From the NCBI GenBank assembly GCA_902557575.1, contig CACEAR010000005.1:17773-81772 (forward strand): a DNA stretch of 64,000 nucleotides, in the 5' to 3' direction. The notes under the pieces are model-generated. The model ran no database searches and was not told the DNA's origin. It worked only from the letters and a program-made list of their open reading frames with translations. The position numbers were made by a program, and so were the translations under genes. This document shows positions 1 to 8,979 of the stretch, one piece after another (the stretch's first letter is position 1; each line of letters opens with the position of its first letter). Origin of the DNA: an uncultured SAR86 cluster bacterium. GTDB lineage: Bacteria; Pseudomonadota; Gammaproteobacteria; Magnimaribacterales; D2472.

Positions 1-423
1 GTCGCTAAAGAATTCTCAAACAGAGTATGGTTAAGTTGGACTAACAGAGGACATCAGCCGAACCAACTTCCAAGTACAGAAGCTCTATCAAAAGCAGTGG
101 ATTTTTCAATAGAAGCTGATGTTGAATGCACGCTTATTAACTGTTCACATGCTGATATGGCAAGTAATTCAATCAAAGAGCTTAAAAGGGCTTCAAGATT
201 TGGTATTTTTGCTAACTCATCTACATTTAAAGAAGTTGATTTATCAATTGCAACAAAGGATGTTGATGCAATACATCACCTAAATTCTGAGAAGATATCA
301 GCCAAAGAATATGCAATGATTGCATTAAGTTGGGTCAAAGAAGGTGCTTTTGTTATTGGTGGTTGTTGTGGAACCACTGTTGAGCATACTAGAGAAATTA
401 AATTATTAATGGATAGCTTATGA
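1..423 (+). CDS. Homocysteine S-methyltransferase family protein, C-terminal fragment (gene begins upstream of the window)
   Basis: Frame 1 is open from base 1. It contains ...ECTLINCS... and the C-terminal VIGGCCGTT..H motif typical of the Zn-binding Cys pair of Hcy S-methyltransferase domains. Its stop overlaps the next start (ATGA at 420-423). Confidence 0.7.
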   Translation, partial: VAKEFSNRVWLSWTNRGHQPNQLPSTEALSKAVDFSIEADVECTLINCSHADMASNSIKELKRASRFGIFANSSTFKEVDLSIATKDVDAIHHLNSEKISAKEYAMIALSWVKEGAFVIGGCCGTTVEHTREIKLLMDSL

Positions 424-1118
424 GTATTGAAAAAAATATAGTCGCTATTGGCGGCGGTGGGTTCGGAAGAACTGTTAAAGATTTAAGAATTGAAGAGTAT
501 ATTTTAAGTTTATCAAATAAAGAAAAACCAAATATATGCTTTATACCTACAGCTACTGGCGACAATGATTCTTATAAGGTCAATTATTATGATGTTTTTA
601 CCAAGTTTAATTGCAATCCAACTCATATAGATTTCTTTAAAAGAACAATTGATTTGTCATCTCATATTCCTGAACAAGATATCATTTTTGTTGGCGGTGG
701 TAATACAAAAAGTATGCTTGCCGTCTGGAAAGATTGGGGACTCGATGTATTACTTAAAGATGCCTATGAAAACGGAACGGTTATGAGTGGAGTAAGTGCT
801 GGTGCTATTTGTTGGTTTGAAAAAGGTATTACAGACTCATGGGCTCATGATTTAGCAGTTATGGATTGTTTAGGTTTTGTCAATGGAATATGTTGTCCGC
901 ATTACGATGAAGAACCTGCAAGAAGACCCTTTGTAGAAAAGGTATTGAAAGATAATTTAATTGACCACTGCTTAAGTATTGAAGGTAATTGTGCACTTCA
1001 CATAAAGAATGATAAACCTCATAAATCTATTAATTTTGGTAACAACAAAAACTCTTATAATGCTACATTAGTTAATGGTGAATTACTGGAAGAAGTTTTT
1101 GAAAGAATTGATCTTTAA
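420..1118 (+). CDS. Peptidase S51 family (dipeptidase E-like / type-1 glutamine amidotransferase-like)
   Basis: 232 aa. It has an N-terminal IGGGGF motif and the nucleophile-elbow-like motif SGVSAGAICW, with the size and layout of the peptidase E family. Confidence 0.65.
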   Translation: MSIEKNIVAIGGGGFGRTVKDLRIEEYILSLSNKEKPNICFIPTATGDNDSYKVNYYDVFTKFNCNPTHIDFFKRTIDLSSHIPEQDIIFVGGGNTKSMLAVWKDWGLDVLLKDAYENGTVMSGVSAGAICWFEKGITDSWAHDLAVMDCLGFVNGICCPHYDEEPARRPFVEKVLKDNLIDHCLSIEGNCALHIKNDKPHKSINFGNNKNSYNATLVNGELLEEVFERIDL

Positions 1119-1490
1119 TTATTGTTGTATTTCAATTTGATTTTCAAAATCAATTTGAATTTGAGGCTTCTCATTAAAGGTTGTTATTACACCTGATATA
1201 CATATATTTTTCTTCTTATATTTTTTATCAGGCCTGCCATCAAAGTTATCCTTGTTTGATGAATACCAAATAAGACCTGTAAATGTATGATTGGGATATT
1301 CTCTTCCCATATTTAGATAAATTCTTTGGGAAGCTGTATTTGAATTAATATAGGTAGACTGAACCTTACCACAGACTGTTCTTAGCTTACCAACATTTTG
1401 AATAGCTGCTGTATGCGGAATCTCAATAAGATCATAACCATCAACAGCAAGAGGGAAGAGGGTAAGAATGAATAGAAGTCTAAATGTCAT
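1119..1490 (-). CDS. Small secreted hypothetical protein (possibly OB-fold-like)
   Basis: 123 aa with an ATG start and a hydrophobic signal-like N-terminus (MTFRLLFILTLFPLAV). It has no catalytic motif. The OB-fold resemblance is only a weak recollection of similar small exported proteins. Confidence 0.45.
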   Translation of the reverse strand: MTFRLLFILTLFPLAVDGYDLIEIPHTAAIQNVGKLRTVCGKVQSTYINSNTASQRIYLNMGREYPNHTFTGLIWYSSNKDNFDGRPDKKYKKKNICISGVITTFNEKPQIQIDFENQIEIQQ

Positions 1491-1504
1491 GAATTTATTA
1501 TAGA

Positions 1505-1535
1505 TAAAAAAAAGCCCGGTATAAAACCGGGCTTT
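1505..1535 (-). terminator. Rho-independent terminator downstream of the 963-aa TonB-dependent receptor
   Basis: 10-bp stem aaagcccggt (1511-1520) / accgggcttt (1526-1535) with loop ataaa. The A-run at 1506-1513 gives a U-tract on the minus-strand transcript. Confidence 0.65.
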
Positions 1536-1553
1536 AACATTTAGGGTAATAAA

Positions 1554-4445
1554 TTAAAAGTTAATACCGAAATTAACACCATATGTTCTTGGCATTCCGA
1601 TAGTAGCATTTAAAACACTTCCTTCAACCTCAGAACCTCTATCTATACCAATAAGATGTCTGCTGTTTTCTATATTTTTAATATAAAAACCTGTATACCA
1701 GTCACCATTATTTGGTCTGTAAGTTGTTAAAAGATCAAAGTATCTTTGCTCAGGAATACTTGCTCTTTCAGAATTGAATAGATCGTAGTATTTCTGACCT
1801 TTTGAAGCAAAAGTAAGTCTCATATCAAGAGCGCCATTACCAGTCATCATTGTATGATTTAAGGCAATGTTGTAATCAAGCTCACTAGTAGAAGGCATTC
1901 TGTTTCCAGAAAGATCTTGTCTTACTACTGGAGCAAAACCAGGGTTACCAATAATTGCAGGATTTACAACAAAAACACCCTGACATTTAGCAACTAATCC
2001 TTCTACAAATAATCCCCAGTTACAGAAACCTGTATTCGCACCAGCAGCTGCTAGGCCACCATATAATGCTGCAGCAGTAGGAGCTCCGACTGCCAATGCA
2101 AGTTCAGCTTCACTTGTAAATAATGCATTAGGAATTCCTGTTGATAGAGCAAATGGGTTTGCAGGGTCATACAGACTTTCATTACCGATTTCTGAATCAA
2201 GTGCAAATAAATTGATATCGAGTGAAGTATTCTCTCCTAATAAATATTTGGATTGAACTTCAAGTCCAGTATGAACATAATCAATTGTATTTGTTATAGC
2301 ACTGGTTCCATAAATCATTGAGTTATGAGCATCTTTAGCATCATGTTGGAAAAGTGTTGCATTCAATAACACTCTACCACCAGCTAAAGTACTTCTTAAG
2401 CCAAGTTCAATATTAGAACTATCAGTAGCTCCATAAGGTAGAACATCTCCACTTTCGTTTGGAGAGTTACCACCAGGCTTGTTTCCAGTTGCATATAATG
2501 CATAAACCATTACATCGTCACTTAATGCTTTTTGGATTGCTAATTTTCCTGTAACAGAATCATTAGTTGCTGTACCACCAGAATAACCACAATCAAGTGA
2601 TTTAACAAAAGCACCATTATTTGCTCTTGAACATGCAGCAGATGCTTGACCAGCTGCAGTAGCGTCACCTAAGGTATTAAGTAGTTGAAAATAATTGTAG
2701 TTATCATCGTATCTAAGTCCAAATGTTAACTTAGTTGTGTCATCTAACTCGTAATATACTTCACCAAATAGTGAGGTACTGTCTTGATTACCATGCTCTG
2801 AATTAATTAATCCTCTTAGTTCAAGTGGAAGAATTGATTGCATATAACCAGGACCAAATGGGTTTTCAACAGGGCCATCAGCAGTAAGAGTTAAACCATT
2901 AGCATTAAGAAAGTTAATAGTCTGAACTGTTCCTGCAACAAATTCATCAAGAGTTAAGAGTCCACCTTGTACAGCTGGTAAACCAGCACCAATTAATGCA
3001 CCCAATGTACCCCAGAATGTTGAGCCACCATAACCATCAAGCGCTCCATTAAAGATAAGATCGCTATATGGATGTTGTCTGAAGTCACCATTCATAACAT
3101 ATCCTTCAGTCATTACTTGATAATCATTAGAATAAGTCCTTTCGTGATAATAAGCACCTAAAGTATAGTTAAGCGGTCCATCATTGTCAGAAATCCAGTT
3201 AACCTCAAATTGAGTTCTTTCTTCTTCAGTAGTAGAACATTCTGCATTTGTAGGAGCACCTCTATCTTGCACACCCCAACAATCGTATTCAAGTTCAGCT
3301 GTAAACATACCAAATAATGGGCTTAAAGCATTACTAAAAGCAGTTTGCGGAGACACTGATTTATCGTTGTCATCGATATGGTTGTAGTCTCTAGTTCCAT
3401 ATGTTGCCTTAACTTTTAAATCACCATTATCTCTTTCGTTAATCCACTCTAGAGTTGTGTGAGTTAGAGTTTGTCTTCTGTTAGGATCAAAGTCTAAGTA
3501 GATTTCATTCAAGTTATCAGAAGATAGAGCACCAGCATATGTATCAACTAGTTTATCAGTTTGCATTAATGTTAAAACAGAGAATGCAGCAGCTAGAGTA
3601 CCAGCAGGGTGAGCGCTTGCATTATAAGTACCTCTTACAGTTGGATCACAACCTAAGAAAGCAGTTCTATTACAATATCTACTCGCCCAGTTAAGTCTAG
3701 AATCTTCAAAGTCATGTTCTTCATGAGTAAATTGAAGAGTATTGTCATCTGACATATTCCAGTCAACTGATAGCCTAACAGCTTGTGAATCTCTGTCATC
3801 AATATCAGTTCCTAGATTTAGGTTTTCTACCGTACCATCTTGAACATATGAACTGTATGCAACACGAGCTGCAACATTATCAGATATTGGTACGTTGATA
3901 GCAGATGAAATCCTTGTTTGACCAAGATTACCATATTGCATATTTGCATATCCGGAAGTATCACCTGTAGGTCTCGCAGATATAAGATTAATTAATCCGC
4001 CAGTTACATTTCTTCCATACAGAGTACCTTGTGGTCCAGATAGTATTTCCATCCTTTCAGCATCTAAGAAGCCCATATCCGCAAATGCAGAAGAGTTTAT
4101 TACGTGTCCATTCACAGCTGTTTGAACTGATCCAACACTAGATGCACCAATTGCTTCAGTAGCACTTCCTCTAATACCGATGAAGTATCCAGAACCAATT
4201 GCTGGAGAGAAGGTAATACCTGGTGTTAATTCACCAAGGTCATACATTTCAGTAACCTGCTGAGCTTCCAAATCTTCGCTAGTTAAAGCTTGAGCTGAAA
4301 GAGCAACGTCTTGAAGTGATTCCTCTCTTCTTGTAGCAGTAACAACAACTTCCTCAACTTCAACTTCTTGAGCAGTAACGTCGTTAAAACTTGTAAACAC
4401 AGCTGTCGCCAGAAAAGCGAGAGCTATTCTTTTAAAATTATCCAT
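1554..4445 (-). CDS. TonB-dependent outer-membrane receptor (963 aa)
   Basis: Signal peptide ending ...DVTAQE and a TonB-box/plug start VEEVVVTATRREESLQDV. A long Gly/Asn/Tyr-rich beta-barrel region ends in a C-terminal aromatic residue (GVNFGINF). Strong SD (aaggggga) upstream of the ATG. Confidence 0.9.
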   Translation of the reverse strand: MDNFKRIALAFLATAVFTSFNDVTAQEVEVEEVVVTATRREESLQDVALSAQALTSEDLEAQQVTEMYDLGELTPGITFSPAIGSGYFIGIRGSATEAIGASSVGSVQTAVNGHVINSSAFADMGFLDAERMEILSGPQGTLYGRNVTGGLINLISARPTGDTSGYANMQYGNLGQTRISSAINVPISDNVAARVAYSSYVQDGTVENLNLGTDIDDRDSQAVRLSVDWNMSDDNTLQFTHEEHDFEDSRLNWASRYCNRTAFLGCDPTVRGTYNASAHPAGTLAAAFSVLTLMQTDKLVDTYAGALSSDNLNEIYLDFDPNRRQTLTHTTLEWINERDNGDLKVKATYGTRDYNHIDDNDKSVSPQTAFSNALSPLFGMFTAELEYDCWGVQDRGAPTNAECSTTEEERTQFEVNWISDNDGPLNYTLGAYYHERTYSNDYQVMTEGYVMNGDFRQHPYSDLIFNGALDGYGGSTFWGTLGALIGAGLPAVQGGLLTLDEFVAGTVQTINFLNANGLTLTADGPVENPFGPGYMQSILPLELRGLINSEHGNQDSTSLFGEVYYELDDTTKLTFGLRYDDNYNYFQLLNTLGDATAAGQASAACSRANNGAFVKSLDCGYSGGTATNDSVTGKLAIQKALSDDVMVYALYATGNKPGGNSPNESGDVLPYGATDSSNIELGLRSTLAGGRVLLNATLFQHDAKDAHNSMIYGTSAITNTIDYVHTGLEVQSKYLLGENTSLDINLFALDSEIGNESLYDPANPFALSTGIPNALFTSEAELALAVGAPTAAALYGGLAAAGANTGFCNWGLFVEGLVAKCQGVFVVNPAIIGNPGFAPVVRQDLSGNRMPSTSELDYNIALNHTMMTGNGALDMRLTFASKGQKYYDLFNSERASIPEQRYFDLLTTYRPNNGDWYTGFYIKNIENSRHLIGIDRGSEVEGSVLNATIGMPRTYGVNFGINF

Positions 4446-4576
4446 AATTTATCCCCCTTAATGTTTAATAAGTAATTAACTATGCGATATATGCATATAA
4501 TATATCTATAAATTAGTAAAAGCCAATAATATTACGGCTTTTATTTACACTAAAAATATTGTTAATAAAGGAAAAA

Positions 4577-5239
4577 ATGAACATATTAGATGCAATTCAA
4601 GCCCGTCAATCGATAAGATCTTTTAAAAATAAAGAAGTTTCAAGAGAAATTATTGAAAATATCCTTAATATTTCTAGATTTGCACCCTCAGGCGGCAATA
4701 CGCAGCCCTGGAAAATCTATGTATTAAGCCAAGATTTAATGAAAGAACTAGAAACTTCGGTTTTATCTAACTTAGATAATGGTGTGAGTGAAACTCCAAA
4801 CTTTAATATTTATCCTCAGCCAATGTCAGATCATCTTAAAAATAGGGTAAAAGAGTGCGGTAGGCTTATGTATGGTGCCCTGGAAATTGGTAAAGAAGAT
4901 GTTGAGGGAAGATTAAACCAACTAAAACAAAATTTCTCATTTTTTGGCGCACCAGTTGGAATGTTAGTAACAGTTGAAAAAGAGGTTGATTTAAATGGTT
5001 GGGGTCACGTTGGTCATTTCATTCAAAACATATGTTTATCTTCTATGGATTTTGGATTGGGCACATGCTTACAAGAAAGCTGGTCAATGTATCCGGAAAC
5101 TGCTCAAAAAATAGTAAATTTCAGTGAATCTGAGATTTTGTGGTGTGGAATAGCTCTTGGATATCCCAATGAAGAGCATGCCATAAATAGTTACAGAACA
5201 CCTCGAGAAGATCTAGAAGATTTTGCAAAATTCTTGTAG
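4577..5239 (+). CDS. Nitroreductase family oxidoreductase
   Basis: MNILDAIQARQSIRSF...RFAPSGGNTQPW is the classic nitroreductase N-terminal signature. I prefer the ATG at 4577, which has an aaggaa SD, over the TTG at 4559 given in the ORF track. Confidence 0.85.
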   Translation: MNILDAIQARQSIRSFKNKEVSREIIENILNISRFAPSGGNTQPWKIYVLSQDLMKELETSVLSNLDNGVSETPNFNIYPQPMSDHLKNRVKECGRLMYGALEIGKEDVEGRLNQLKQNFSFFGAPVGMLVTVEKEVDLNGWGHVGHFIQNICLSSMDFGLGTCLQESWSMYPETAQKIVNFSESEILWCGIALGYPNEEHAINSYRTPREDLEDFAKFL

Positions 5240-5291
5240 AGATAAATTGACTGGACTTGTCAAGTATTAAAGATCGATTTTTTAACAAAAT

Positions 5292-5320
5292 TTGAATTTG
5301 CCATAAGTATTGGATATATT
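5292..5320 (+). promoter_or_regulatory. Candidate sigma70 promoter of the proteorhodopsin gene
   Basis: TTGAAT (5292-5297), a 17-nt spacer, then TATATT (5315-5320). This would give a leader of about 85 nt. AT-rich DNA produces such matches by chance. Confidence 0.35.
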
Positions 5321-5412
5321 TGATCCGTTATTCTCAAATTGGAATACTTTTTAAAGTATTTTAGTAGGGGGACAATGTTGAAATTTCAATATTAAACTTA
5401 GAGGAGGTTTAA

Positions 5413-6081
5413 ATGGAATACGCACTAGCACAAGACGACTTCGTCGGTATTTCTTTTTGGCTTGCTACAGCAATCATGCTTGCTTCTACAGTTTTCTTTC
5501 TTGCTGAAAGAGACAATGTAAGAGGTAAGTGGAAGACTTCATTGACTGTTGCTGCTTTAGTTACAGGTGTTGCATTCTGGCACTATCTCTATATGAGAGG
5601 TGTTTGGATTACAACTGGAGATTCTCCAACTGTATACAGATATATTGACTGGTTGATTACTGTTCCACTTCAAATAGTGGAGTTCTACCTCATCCTAGCA
5701 GCTGTTACTAGCGTAAGCGCAAGCTTATTCTGGAAATTGCTTGTTGGTTCATTGGTTATGTTAATCGGTGGATACATGGGTGAAGCTGGATACATGGCAA
5801 AAATGCCTGCATTCGTAATTGGTATGGTCGGTTGGGCTTACATTATTTACTTGATCTTCGCTGGCGAAGCTGCCAACGTTAATGCATCAAGTGGAAATGC
5901 AGCCTCACAAATGGCTTTCAAATCTATTAGAATGATTGTTCTTGTAGGTTGGGCTATTTACCCTATCGGTTATCTAATGGGTAGTTCTGAAGCTCTGAAC
6001 ATTATTTACAACTTAGCGGACTTAGTTAATAAGACTGCATTTGGTGTTGTAATTTGGGCAGCAGCAGTATCAGACTCTTAA
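5413..6081 (+). CDS. Proteorhodopsin (light-driven proton pump), DTE motif, Gln at the spectral-tuning position
   Basis: Nearly collinear with the classical SAR86 proteorhodopsin: FWHY (His75 equivalent), RYIDWLITVPLQIVEF (Asp97, Thr101 and Glu108 equivalents), NLADLVNK (Asp227 and Schiff-base Lys231 equivalents; Lys codon at 6031-6033). The tuning residue is Gln (caa, 5671-5673). Strong SD gaggagg at 5401-5407. Confidence 0.95.
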   Translation: MEYALAQDDFVGISFWLATAIMLASTVFFLAERDNVRGKWKTSLTVAALVTGVAFWHYLYMRGVWITTGDSPTVYRYIDWLITVPLQIVEFYLILAAVTSVSASLFWKLLVGSLVMLIGGYMGEAGYMAKMPAFVIGMVGWAYIIYLIFAGEAANVNASSGNAASQMAFKSIRMIVLVGWAIYPIGYLMGSSEALNIIYNLADLVNKTAFGVVIWAAAVSDS

Positions 6082-6093
6082 TATAAGATTTCT

Positions 6094-6125
6094 GAAAAAA
6101 ACCCAGGCTTGTCCTGGGTTTTTTT
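6094..6125. terminator. Bidirectional rho-independent terminator between convergent genes
   Basis: aaaaaaa-cccagg-cttgt-cctggg-ttttttt. The stem is flanked by an A-run on the left and a T-run on the right. It lies between the proteorhodopsin stop (6081) and the stop of the minus-strand oxidoreductase (6124). Confidence 0.7.
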
Positions 6126-7710
6126 ATGCCTTAAGTATTTCTCTTGATGAATTTTTACCTGGAAGGCCGGTTACGCCTCCACCAGGATGAGTGCCTGAAC
6201 CACAGATAAAAAGATTCTTAACAGGAGTTTTATAATCTCCATAATTAAAAACTGGTCTAGCAGCCCACATTTGATCGAGCGACATAACGCCATGCATTAT
6301 GTCACCGCCAACAAGTCCAAGTTTTTCCTCAAGATCTAGTGGAGATAGGATAGACATTCCTAAAATTGATTCTTTAAAATTTGGCGCAAACTTATTAACA
6401 GTTTCAATAACTGTATTTGCTGCGTTAGCTTTTTCATCATGCCAAGATTTATTATCGGGAAGTGTTGGTGCAAATTGTTGGCAAAATAAAGAAGCAACAT
6501 ATTTACCTTCAGGTGCAAGAGTGGAATCAACAGTTGACGGTATTAGCATTTCAACAATTGGGTTTTTGGACCAACCATACTGTTTAGCATCGGTAAAAGC
6601 TTGATCCATATAGGTTAGGGTAGGGGCAATTACTATTCCTGATTTATGATGCTCGCTAATTTCTTTCCCGGGAAGGCAATTAAAATCTGGGAGTTCTGAT
6701 AAAGCAACATTCATTCTAAATGTTCCTGAACCACATTTATAATTCAATATCTTTCTTCGATATTCTTGTTCAACAGCATTTTCATCAACAAGTTTTTTAA
6801 ATAGCAGTTTTGGATTGAGGTTTGATATAACTTTATCAGCGAATATTTGTGTACCATCCTCAAGCATAACTCCATTTGCTTTATTATTTTTGATAAGAAT
6901 TTTTTCTACAGGAGCATTTGTAGAGATTTCGACACCTTTTTCTTCACATGCAATTTTCATTAACTGTGTAATAGATCCCATACCTCCAACCGCGTGTCCC
7001 CATGCTCCTTTTTCACCATCAACTTCTCCAAATACATGATGAAGAAGAACATAAGCTGAGCCAGGAGTCTCTGGACTTGCGTAATTGCCCACTATTGAAT
7101 CAAAACCAAAACAAGCCTTTATATGATCGCTTTCAAACCAAGAATCTAAGAAATCTTTTGCACTTTTTGTAAACAAATTAAAAAGATCTTCTTGAAGCTC
7201 ATTTGTTTTTCTTGCTATAGGCACAAGATCAAAAATTGTTTTAGCTATATTGATATAACCGCCTTTTAAATTAAGAGGTGTTTTTGTAGTTAAATCTCTT
7301 AAAACATCTGCGACATTTTCTATACGTCTGTAATATTCAGGCAAAATATTTGCGTCCTTCTCTGAAAACTTTCGAAATTCCTTTTGGGTAGATTCAAGAG
7401 ATCCTCCAACTTTCAGATATTCTGAATCATTGATTGGAAGAAAGTTAGAAATTGGTCTTTTTATGATTTCTAGTCCATTTTCCTTTAAGTGCATATCTTT
7501 AATAACTGTTGGATTTAATAAACTTACTGTGTAGCTAGCAGTTGAATTTTTAAATCCTGGATGAAATTCTTCTGTTACTGCTGCACCTCCAACTATGCTT
7601 CTTCTCTCTAGAACTTTCACTTTAAGTCCAGCATTTGCAAGATAGAACGAACAAACTAATCCATTATGACCACCACCAACAACAACAGCATCATAATGTT
7701 TATTTGTCAT
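6124..7710 (-). CDS. FAD/NAD(P)-dependent oxidoreductase, phytoene-desaturase-related (COG1233-like), not a bona fide CrtI
   Basis: N-terminal dinucleotide fold YDAVVVGGGHNGL...LERRSIVGGA and a C-terminal GSGTHPGGGVTG motif. The 528-aa length is typical of COG1233/PYROXD2-like proteins. Confidence 0.8.
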   Translation of the reverse strand: MTNKHYDAVVVGGGHNGLVCSFYLANAGLKVKVLERRSIVGGAAVTEEFHPGFKNSTASYTVSLLNPTVIKDMHLKENGLEIIKRPISNFLPINDSEYLKVGGSLESTQKEFRKFSEKDANILPEYYRRIENVADVLRDLTTKTPLNLKGGYINIAKTIFDLVPIARKTNELQEDLFNLFTKSAKDFLDSWFESDHIKACFGFDSIVGNYASPETPGSAYVLLHHVFGEVDGEKGAWGHAVGGMGSITQLMKIACEEKGVEISTNAPVEKILIKNNKANGVMLEDGTQIFADKVISNLNPKLLFKKLVDENAVEQEYRRKILNYKCGSGTFRMNVALSELPDFNCLPGKEISEHHKSGIVIAPTLTYMDQAFTDAKQYGWSKNPIVEMLIPSTVDSTLAPEGKYVASLFCQQFAPTLPDNKSWHDEKANAANTVIETVNKFAPNFKESILGMSILSPLDLEEKLGLVGGDIMHGVMSLDQMWAARPVFNYGDYKTPVKNLFICGSGTHPGGGVTGLPGKNSSREILKA

Positions 7711-7711
7711 T

Positions 7712-8911
7712 TTAATCTTTAGAATTAATATACTGAGCTATAGATCTAAACATTGCTATATGCATATCTTTTGACCACTGCAACTCGGACGTATATTTAT
7801 AATTTGATGAAGTCTTAGCAATTACTATTTCAGATTCAGGATCTATATAAATATATTGATTGTATACACCCGATGCAGTGTAATCAGTATTTGGAAAACC
7901 AGGCACCCACCATTGATAACCATAGCCCCAGGGATTAGAAGATGTTTCTCTTACTCCAGGAACTAGATGTTCTGCATCAGTTTTATGAGAATCTGCAATC
8001 CACTGCTTAGAAAGAATCTGCGAATTATTCCACCTACCTTTTTGGAGGTATAGCAAACCAAACTTAGCATAGTCTCTCAAGGTAGCATTTAGGCCTCCAA
8101 GAGCAAGCTCATCCTCCACATCATCTAAAATAAAATATGCAGAGTCTTCCATTCCTAGAGGATTCCAGATTTTTTCATACAAATATTCTGAAATAGATCT
8201 ATTTGTCACTTCTTGGAGGAGGAAACCGAGCACCTGAGTATTAATACTCACATAATGCATATAAGTTCCTGGCTCTTTTTCTCTAGTTAAAGTCCTTGAA
8301 AAATCACGCATTGATGTGCCAGTAGCAATTGCTCGTCCAAATCTATTAATATCAGAGTCATAATCTGCATAGTCTTCATTAAAAAGAACACCTGTAGACA
8401 TTTGAAGAATATCTTTAATAGATACACCCTCATAACCTGTATTCTTGAAGTCATCTAGATATTTAGTTATGGGGTCATCAAGAGAATCAATCAATCCTTC
8501 CTCAAAAGCTATACCAACAAGAGCAGATATAAATGACTTCGCTACTGACCATGAAATATGTTTTTTAGACTCGTTATTGTCAAGCCAATAGTTTTCATAA
8601 ACTATCTCATCTTTATGAATAACAATCATTCCATCTGACCAGAAGTAATCTAAATATTCTTGAAGATTTTTCGTCTCTCCTTCAAAAGAAAATGTCTCTG
8701 GTAAAGCTTGAATATTTCTCTTAATAGGCTCTGGATTTTCAGAGGCTTTAATATTTCTCGAAGGAAATATTTTATCCATATTTACAAAGTTATAAACAAT
8801 TTTATCTTTGTCATACAAGGTTTTTACTTTGTGAACTCTTAAAGCTTTCGGGAGAATAAAAATTGATACGACTAAAGCAAGGAAGAGAATTACATATAGA
8901 AGAATTTTCAT
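7712..8911 (-). CDS. Membrane-anchored serine hydrolase (beta-lactamase / class C-like family)
   Basis: N-terminal TM anchor, SxxK motif (SWSVAKSF), and the downstream aromatic/Gly-rich regions typical of the beta-lactamase-related esterase/amidase fold. It starts 1 nt after the downstream gene ends. Confidence 0.8.
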   Translation of the reverse strand: MKILLYVILFLALVVSIFILPKALRVHKVKTLYDKDKIVYNFVNMDKIFPSRNIKASENPEPIKRNIQALPETFSFEGETKNLQEYLDYFWSDGMIVIHKDEIVYENYWLDNNESKKHISWSVAKSFISALVGIAFEEGLIDSLDDPITKYLDDFKNTGYEGVSIKDILQMSTGVLFNEDYADYDSDINRFGRAIATGTSMRDFSRTLTREKEPGTYMHYVSINTQVLGFLLQEVTNRSISEYLYEKIWNPLGMEDSAYFILDDVEDELALGGLNATLRDYAKFGLLYLQKGRWNNSQILSKQWIADSHKTDAEHLVPGVRETSSNPWGYGYQWWVPGFPNTDYTASGVYNQYIYIDPESEIVIAKTSSNYKYTSELQWSKDMHIAMFRSIAQYINSKD

Positions 8912-8979
8912 AGTTTTTTTGTGTTCTCGATAAGTATAAATTATGTATAATTCACTTACACTATTTAAGGGAAATAAAA

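Noticed and set aside
4518-4542. Hairpin (aaaagcc-11 nt-ggctttt) in the divergent region upstream of the 963-aa TonB receptor; considered as a riboswitch or attenuator
   Set aside because: The leader is only about 110 nt. I see no TPP (CUGAGA) or cobalamin (B12-box) core motifs. The stem is short and AT-rich, and no upstream gene needs a terminator there.
6299-7039. Two plus-strand ORFs (101 aa and 74 aa) inside the flavoprotein gene
   Set aside because: They are antisense to a well-supported 528-aa CDS. Their Ser/Pro-rich, low-complexity products are typical of shadow frames.
6124-7710. CrtI-like gene as part of a retinal or carotenoid pathway for the adjacent proteorhodopsin
   Set aside because: No crtE/B/Y or blh gene is nearby. 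The length and motifs fit COG1233-type oxidoreductases, and its operon partner is a serine hydrolase. It is kept only as a low-interest open question.
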